Shown here: piece after piece, positions 7,784 to 11,663 of the stretch
Layout: every line of letters begins with the position of its first letter
Numbering within the stretch: position 1 is the first letter of the stretch
Assembly (NCBI GenBank): GCA_034660555.1
Contig: JAYEJL010000097.1
Location: forward strand, 1 to 11,663
Length of the DNA: 11,663 nt
Direction: 5' to 3'
DNA from: Thermotogota bacterium
Lineage (GTDB): Bacteria > Thermotogota > Thermotogae > Petrotogales > Kosmotogaceae
Translations under genes and position numbers: made by a program
Notes under the pieces: generated by a model
The model's database searches: none
Told to the model about the DNA's origin: nothing
The model's input: the letters and a program-made list of their open reading frames with translations, nothing else

Positions 7784-9583
7784 ATGTCAGGATCAATAAA
7801 GGTTTTTCTTACTATATTTATACTGGTTTTTGTCTTCGCTGGAGCCCTGGTTGTTTTTTTAGTGGTTTCAAATCCATATCTTGGGGAAAGCGAGCAATAC
7901 ACCATACAGAGCGCTTTAATAAAGCAGGAAATGGACGAAAATGGAACGTTTCATGTCCACGAGACTATTGATTACGAAATGACTGACAATTTTAGAGGTT
8001 TATACAGAAATCTTCCTGCGGGGAGATATGTAGAGATTTCAGATATTGAGATCTGGACCGAAGGCAGAGAAGCCCAACATATAGAATTTCTGGATAAGGA
8101 TAAAGATTCCTTTGAAGCCAGGATATGGCTTGTTCCTTATAACTCCAGTAGACAGTTAAGCCCAAATGAAGCGAAAAATATTTCACTGCATATAACGTAT
8201 AAAGCCAGGTATGTACTTGAAGTAGGAAAGGACACATCACAAATATTACGACAGTTCTGGGGCGATGGCTGGGATTCAGTCGCAAGAAATATCATGGGCA
8301 TTTTTGTTTTTCCAGATACTGTTGACATAGAAGAGGTTTATTTACATCCACCAGCAGAAGTTACAGAAAACGGAAATACACTGGAAATCTTTGTTGAAAA
8401 ACTTCCACCCAACACCTTTGCTGAAGCAAGAGTAATTTTGAACGGCGAAACAGATGTGGCTTATGCTGCGAAAAATAACGAATTATCACTTACTGAGGTT
8501 AACAAAATAGAAAATCAATACGCAACCATGTTGGTTTTGAAGAAAACGTTACCTTATGTTCTACTTGGCATTGTTGTTGTTTTGCTTATTATTATTTATA
8601 TCCGCTATGGTAGGGAACCAAAGGTATCTTACGATGCAGATTATGAAAGAGAAATCCCCTACGATGACCCTCCCGATGTTGTGAACAGCATAGTTAAACA
8701 TTTCTCAAGGGGAGTAGATGACGATGGGATTTCTGCAACACTTATGTCACTATATAAAAAGGATTATATTAACATAAAAGGCGATAAGAAAAACCCGATT
8801 ATAGTAATTACTCAAGACAAAAACACAGATTCTCTAAGTTCCACAGAGCGAGCTCTGCTTGAAGTTCTGGACACGGGAGCAACAAAAGGAAAATTTGATT
8901 TTAAAAAAATCAAGAAACTGGTGAAAAAAGACAGAAAATTGGCCATAAAATTCAACAACAAGATGAATAGCTACAAAAGCGAAGTCACCAAACAGGCAAA
9001 GAGTAAAAATTATACTGTTTACAAAGGCAATGTTTATGCTAGATTAGTAGCGGCACTTGCGATTGTGGTGGGAGGAGTAATATTTCCTCTCTGGATTTCC
9101 AGCCCACCAACAAGAATGCTTATTCAAAATGCTTTGATCATGATCCCGGTGGCATGGATATTTGGATCAGTGATATTTTTGTTTCCAAAGGTTGTTTTTG
9201 CCCGACGGACCAAGGAAGGTACCATATATCACAAAAAATGGATGGCGCTGAAAGAATTCCTCGAAGATTATTCATTGATTTCAGAAAGACCACCAGAATC
9301 TATCATTCTATGGGAAGACTACCTGATCTATGGGACTGCCCTCGGTATAGCTGATAAAGTTGAGAAGGCATTGCAAAAGCTTGTTCCAGAAAATGTCTGG
9401 ATTGAAGACTCGAGACACTCTAACATGTACAGGGCTTCTAGTTTCATTGGAGCAGCATCCATAGGAAGTATTGCATCTACTGCAGCGTCAACTGCCTATT
9501 CATCAAGCTCTTCAGGTTCTGGTTCATTTGGATCCGGTGGAGCCGGTGGTGGCTCTGGTGGTGGCGGTGGTGGAGCTTTCTAA
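7784..9583 (+). CDS. DUF2207-family membrane protein
   Basis: 599 aa: N-terminal anchor, extracellular domain (FHVHETIDY...FRGLYR), central TM plus YEREIP, two more TM segments, then W..LKEFLEDYS...WEDYLIYGTALG and a Ser/Gly tail ending GGGSGGGGGGAF, the family signature. Confidence 0.92.
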   Translation: MSGSIKVFLTIFILVFVFAGALVVFLVVSNPYLGESEQYTIQSALIKQEMDENGTFHVHETIDYEMTDNFRGLYRNLPAGRYVEISDIEIWTEGREAQHIEFLDKDKDSFEARIWLVPYNSSRQLSPNEAKNISLHITYKARYVLEVGKDTSQILRQFWGDGWDSVARNIMGIFVFPDTVDIEEVYLHPPAEVTENGNTLEIFVEKLPPNTFAEARVILNGETDVAYAAKNNELSLTEVNKIENQYATMLVLKKTLPYVLLGIVVVLLIIIYIRYGREPKVSYDADYEREIPYDDPPDVVNSIVKHFSRGVDDDGISATLMSLYKKDYINIKGDKKNPIIVITQDKNTDSLSSTERALLEVLDTGATKGKFDFKKIKKLVKKDRKLAIKFNNKMNSYKSEVTKQAKSKNYTVYKGNVYARLVAALAIVVGGVIFPLWISSPPTRMLIQNALIMIPVAWIFGSVIFLFPKVVFARRTKEGTIYHKKWMALKEFLEDYSLISERPPESIILWEDYLIYGTALGIADKVEKALQKLVPENVWIEDSRHSNMYRASSFIGAASIGSIASTAASTAYSSSSSGSGSFGSGGAGGGSGGGGGGAF

Positions 9584-9605
9584 GATTACAATTAAATTCT
9601 CTCGT

Positions 9606-9634
9606 TTGTTAATAATGCCAATGGACTGTATAAT
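9606..9634 (+). promoter_or_regulatory. Sigma70-type promoter for degV
   Basis: TTGTTA (9606-9611), 17 nt spacer, TATAAT (9629-9634). Confidence 0.6.
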
Positions 9635-9687
9635 CATAGTAATAAACAAGATGAGGTTAAATCTTAGCAAGAAGGATGGAGATAATT

Positions 9688-10551
9688 ATGATTGGAGTAA
9701 TTGTTGATTCAGGAACGGATATTCTAGAAGATGCAGCAAAGAAGGACTATGTTGAAATTGTTCCTTTAAGGGTCATAACTGATAACGGTGAATACAGAGA
9801 CAATATCGACATTTCTACAGAAGATTTGCTTGAATATATGGAAAATAAAATTCCTAAAACGTCACTCCCAACCAACGAAGATATTACAAACGCATACTCC
9901 CGATTGTATGAGAAGGGTTGCAGAGAAATTATATGTATAAATATTTCTAGTGGATTGAGCGGTACATCAAATTTTATGCAGGTTGTTGCAGAATCATTCA
10001 AGAAAGAACACAATGATGTTCGTATAGAATTCGTGGATACAAAGAGCATTTCAATAGGTTCAGGTTTAATAGTAAAAAAGATCGTTGACGATATTGATTC
10101 AGGAAAGAGTTTTGATATCGTTCTCAGCTCAGCAAGAATTTGTGTCAATAACAAGGTAAAGGTTTTTTTCACTATTCCAACTCTGAAATATCTAAAAGCT
10201 GGTGGCAGAATAGGAAAGGTATCGGGAACTATTGGTGATTTCTTAAACATAAAACCTGTGATAACAGTCGGAAGTGATGGCATATACCATACCGTAGAAA
10301 AGAAAAGGGGTATGAAACGCACCGTAAGTATTATGTTTGAAAAAATGATGGAATTTTTAGCAGATAAAAAAGCCCAGTACGTCGCTGTATATTCATCTGA
10401 TAAAAGTGAAAGCACTTTAGAACATGCAAAAAGCCTTATTGAAAAATTTAAAGAAAAGGGATTTAAAGACATTTTTACAGGAACCATTTCCCAATCACTT
10501 GTTGTGCATACAGGTAAAGGTTTAGTTGGTATAGCAGCGCTTGTACGTTGA
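9688..10551 (+). CDS. degV: DegV/FakB family fatty acid-binding protein
   Basis: Motifs IVDSGTD, PKTSLP, ISSGLSGT, DTKSISIG, YLKAGGRIG, LNIKPVI and HTG. ATG 9688 is preferred over 9676 because of the GGAG spacing. Confidence 0.93.
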   Translation: MIGVIVDSGTDILEDAAKKDYVEIVPLRVITDNGEYRDNIDISTEDLLEYMENKIPKTSLPTNEDITNAYSRLYEKGCREIICINISSGLSGTSNFMQVVAESFKKEHNDVRIEFVDTKSISIGSGLIVKKIVDDIDSGKSFDIVLSSARICVNNKVKVFFTIPTLKYLKAGGRIGKVSGTIGDFLNIKPVITVGSDGIYHTVEKKRGMKRTVSIMFEKMMEFLADKKAQYVAVYSSDKSESTLEHAKSLIEKFKEKGFKDIFTGTISQSLVVHTGKGLVGIAALVR

Positions 10552-10573
10552 TCAATTTAGTTCCCAACGGTTC

Positions 10574-10605
10574 AGAAAAGGCAAATCAGTTGATTTGCCT
10601 TTTCT
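10574..10605. terminator. Bidirectional terminator between convergent degV and DUF3795 genes
   Basis: Perfect 15-bp inverted repeat AGAAAAGGCAAATCA-gt-TGATTTGCCTTTTCT with A and T tracts on the two arms. Confidence 0.8.
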
Positions 10606-11066
10606 ACTTGATATCTCTGTCTTCTGTTATTGCATTATGCAACTCATGGCCACATTCTTCGCATTCTCTGTCATACCATGAAAAAGAAGTTCCGTATTGA
10701 GGACAACTCCAGCGATTTTTCTGGTTTTCAAGCCACTTTTTAATGCCAAGTTCTTTTAAGGAATCAAGATTCTTAAAGATCGCTGAATGATGTGGACTAT
10801 CATCGTTTTTGAAGGCTTGCAGCTTTTCACATGGATATTCATTGCACTCAGAACAAACCTCTACATGGTGGTCAAGAGCACATTGCTTCAATTCACAGTT
10901 TCTGCAGAAAACGGATACGTTTCCCCTTTGCAACCTTCGCAATACAGCTCCTCTTTTTCTCTTTTTATTTTCTCTGCAAGTGCGTCCAGCTCACCCCTCT
11001 CTGAAGCCATAAGGAAAGGACAAGAACCACAGTAAAGACCACTATAGCTTGATACCTGAAGGTCAT
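10604..11066 (-). pseudogene. DUF3795-family Cys-rich protein with two frameshifts
   Basis: AGGTGGTGA RBS and ATG 11066 give MTFRY. A frame break near 11050 leads to SYSGLYCGSCPFLMASERGELDALAEKIKREKEELYCEGCKG. A second break at the G4 run (10923-10926) leads to NVSVFCRNCELKQCA...CSECNEYPCEKL...RWSCPQYG...CEECG. Confidence 0.82.
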
Positions 11067-11194
11067 TATTTCACCACCTTTTTGATCGCTTGCATCTGGT
11101 AATTTCAATGTTACAATAATTTTCGCACAGTACACAGAAAATATTATAAGTACTTAGAGAGTTTTCCCTTTATTAGATTCTTCAAAAATAGCAA

Positions 11195-11203
11195 TGGTAT
11201 AAT
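11195..11203 (+). promoter_or_regulatory. Extended -10 promoter element
   Basis: TGGTATAAT about 35 nt upstream of ATG 11238. Confidence 0.55.
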
Positions 11204-11237
11204 GAAGAATAAATTTTACCATTTTGGGGGAATGATT

Positions 11238-11663
11238 ATGAGAACCATAATTCTTGATGGGAATACTTCATATAAAGCAGTTTCTCAAGTACTTAACTCA
11301 AAGGTTTTGAAAGAATTAGTTGAAGAAATAATTTATGATTGTGTCAAAAGAAATTGTGAATTAATGCCATTCTTGGAAAAATTCAGGAACGAAAAGGGAA
11401 AATATGAAATTTATTCTATTATACATTTACTACAATCTCTCTTTATGAATAAACTGGAATACGTTGATGCATCAAGTTACTACAATTTTCCCGATTTAAA
11501 GGGTAACAAGGAATCCATAGCCATTTTTGTAGAAATGCTTTACAATGTCTGGAGAACCAAGCACCGCTTCATGATCAAATATGAAAAACATACCGAAGGA
11601 GAATCAAAGTACTACAAACAGATGATGCTAGCTGAAAGTAATTCTGAGTTGAAGAATCTTGTG
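11238..11663 (+). CDS. Probable phosphoenolpyruvate carboxykinase (Clostridia/Thermotogota type), N-terminal part, runs off the right edge
   Basis: Not in the ORF track. GGGGG RBS at 11226-11230, then 142 open codons MRTIILDGNTSYKAVSQVLNSKVLKELVEE...FVEMLYNVWRTKHRF...AESNSELKNLV. The FVE.LYN.WR...R and N..L.NLV pattern resembles proteins annotated as PEP carboxykinase (recalled). The catalytic motifs lie beyond the window. Confidence 0.6.
   Translation, partial: MRTIILDGNTSYKAVSQVLNSKVLKELVEEIIYDCVKRNCELMPFLEKFRNEKGKYEIYSIIHLLQSLFMNKLEYVDASSYYNFPDLKGNKESIAIFVEMLYNVWRTKHRFMIKYEKHTEGESKYYKQMMLAESNSELKNLV

Noticed and set aside
9500..9580. GGT/GGC-rich repeat-like tract
   Set aside because: Encodes the normal Gly/Ser tail of DUF2207 proteins.
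9747..10487. 246-aa minus-strand ORF
   Set aside because: Lies wholly antisense to degV with no recognisable motifs.
1046..11035. Other short track ORFs overlapping larger genes (e.g. 1046..1249, 3805..4059, 4332..4649, 5710..5910, 5741..5923, 6026..6250, 7531..7713, 7759..7971, 7992..8285, 8137..8328, 9154..9354, 9471..9707, 10787..11035, 10809..11012)
   Set aside because: Alternate-frame or antisense shadows of recognised genes without family motifs.
1..11663. CRISPR array, tRNA, rRNA or riboswitch (e.g. cobalamin riboswitch before the MtaA-like gene)
   Set aside because: No regularly spaced repeats or structured GC-rich intergenic segments are visible, and the leader before 6641 is too short and AT-rich. 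An Infernal/Rfam scan was not run.

Overview
AT-rich bacterial window, most likely Thermotogota: the NagA protein has the HFPNA/LHHREIG and AVKNF..FT.CS..ELAKVSSYNS segments I recall from Thermotoga NagA (from memory, not a search). Five genes are intact and all lie on the + strand: nagA, an EamA/DMT permease, an MtaA/CmuA-like (UroD-fold) Zn methyltransferase, a DUF2207 membrane protein and degV. The 5' part of a probable Clostridia/Thermotogota-type PEP carboxykinase is open to the right edge. Between these lie six decayed accessory genes that the ORF track shows only as fragments: (1) an exported protein with a frameshifted signal peptide, cut by an ISL3-like element at the left edge; (2) a proline iminopeptidase with a microhomology-bounded internal deletion; (3) a frameshifted VOC protein; (4) an SH3-methyltransferase fusion with several stops and frameshifts; (5) a second methyltransferase joined to the 3' end of an unrelated gene; (6) a doubly frameshifted DUF3795 Cys-rich protein. 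I found no CRISPR array, RNA gene or convincing new multi-gene system. The notable signals are the dense, selective gene decay, two reconstructable deletion junctions, the SH3-methyltransferase architecture and the orphan MtaA-like enzyme.
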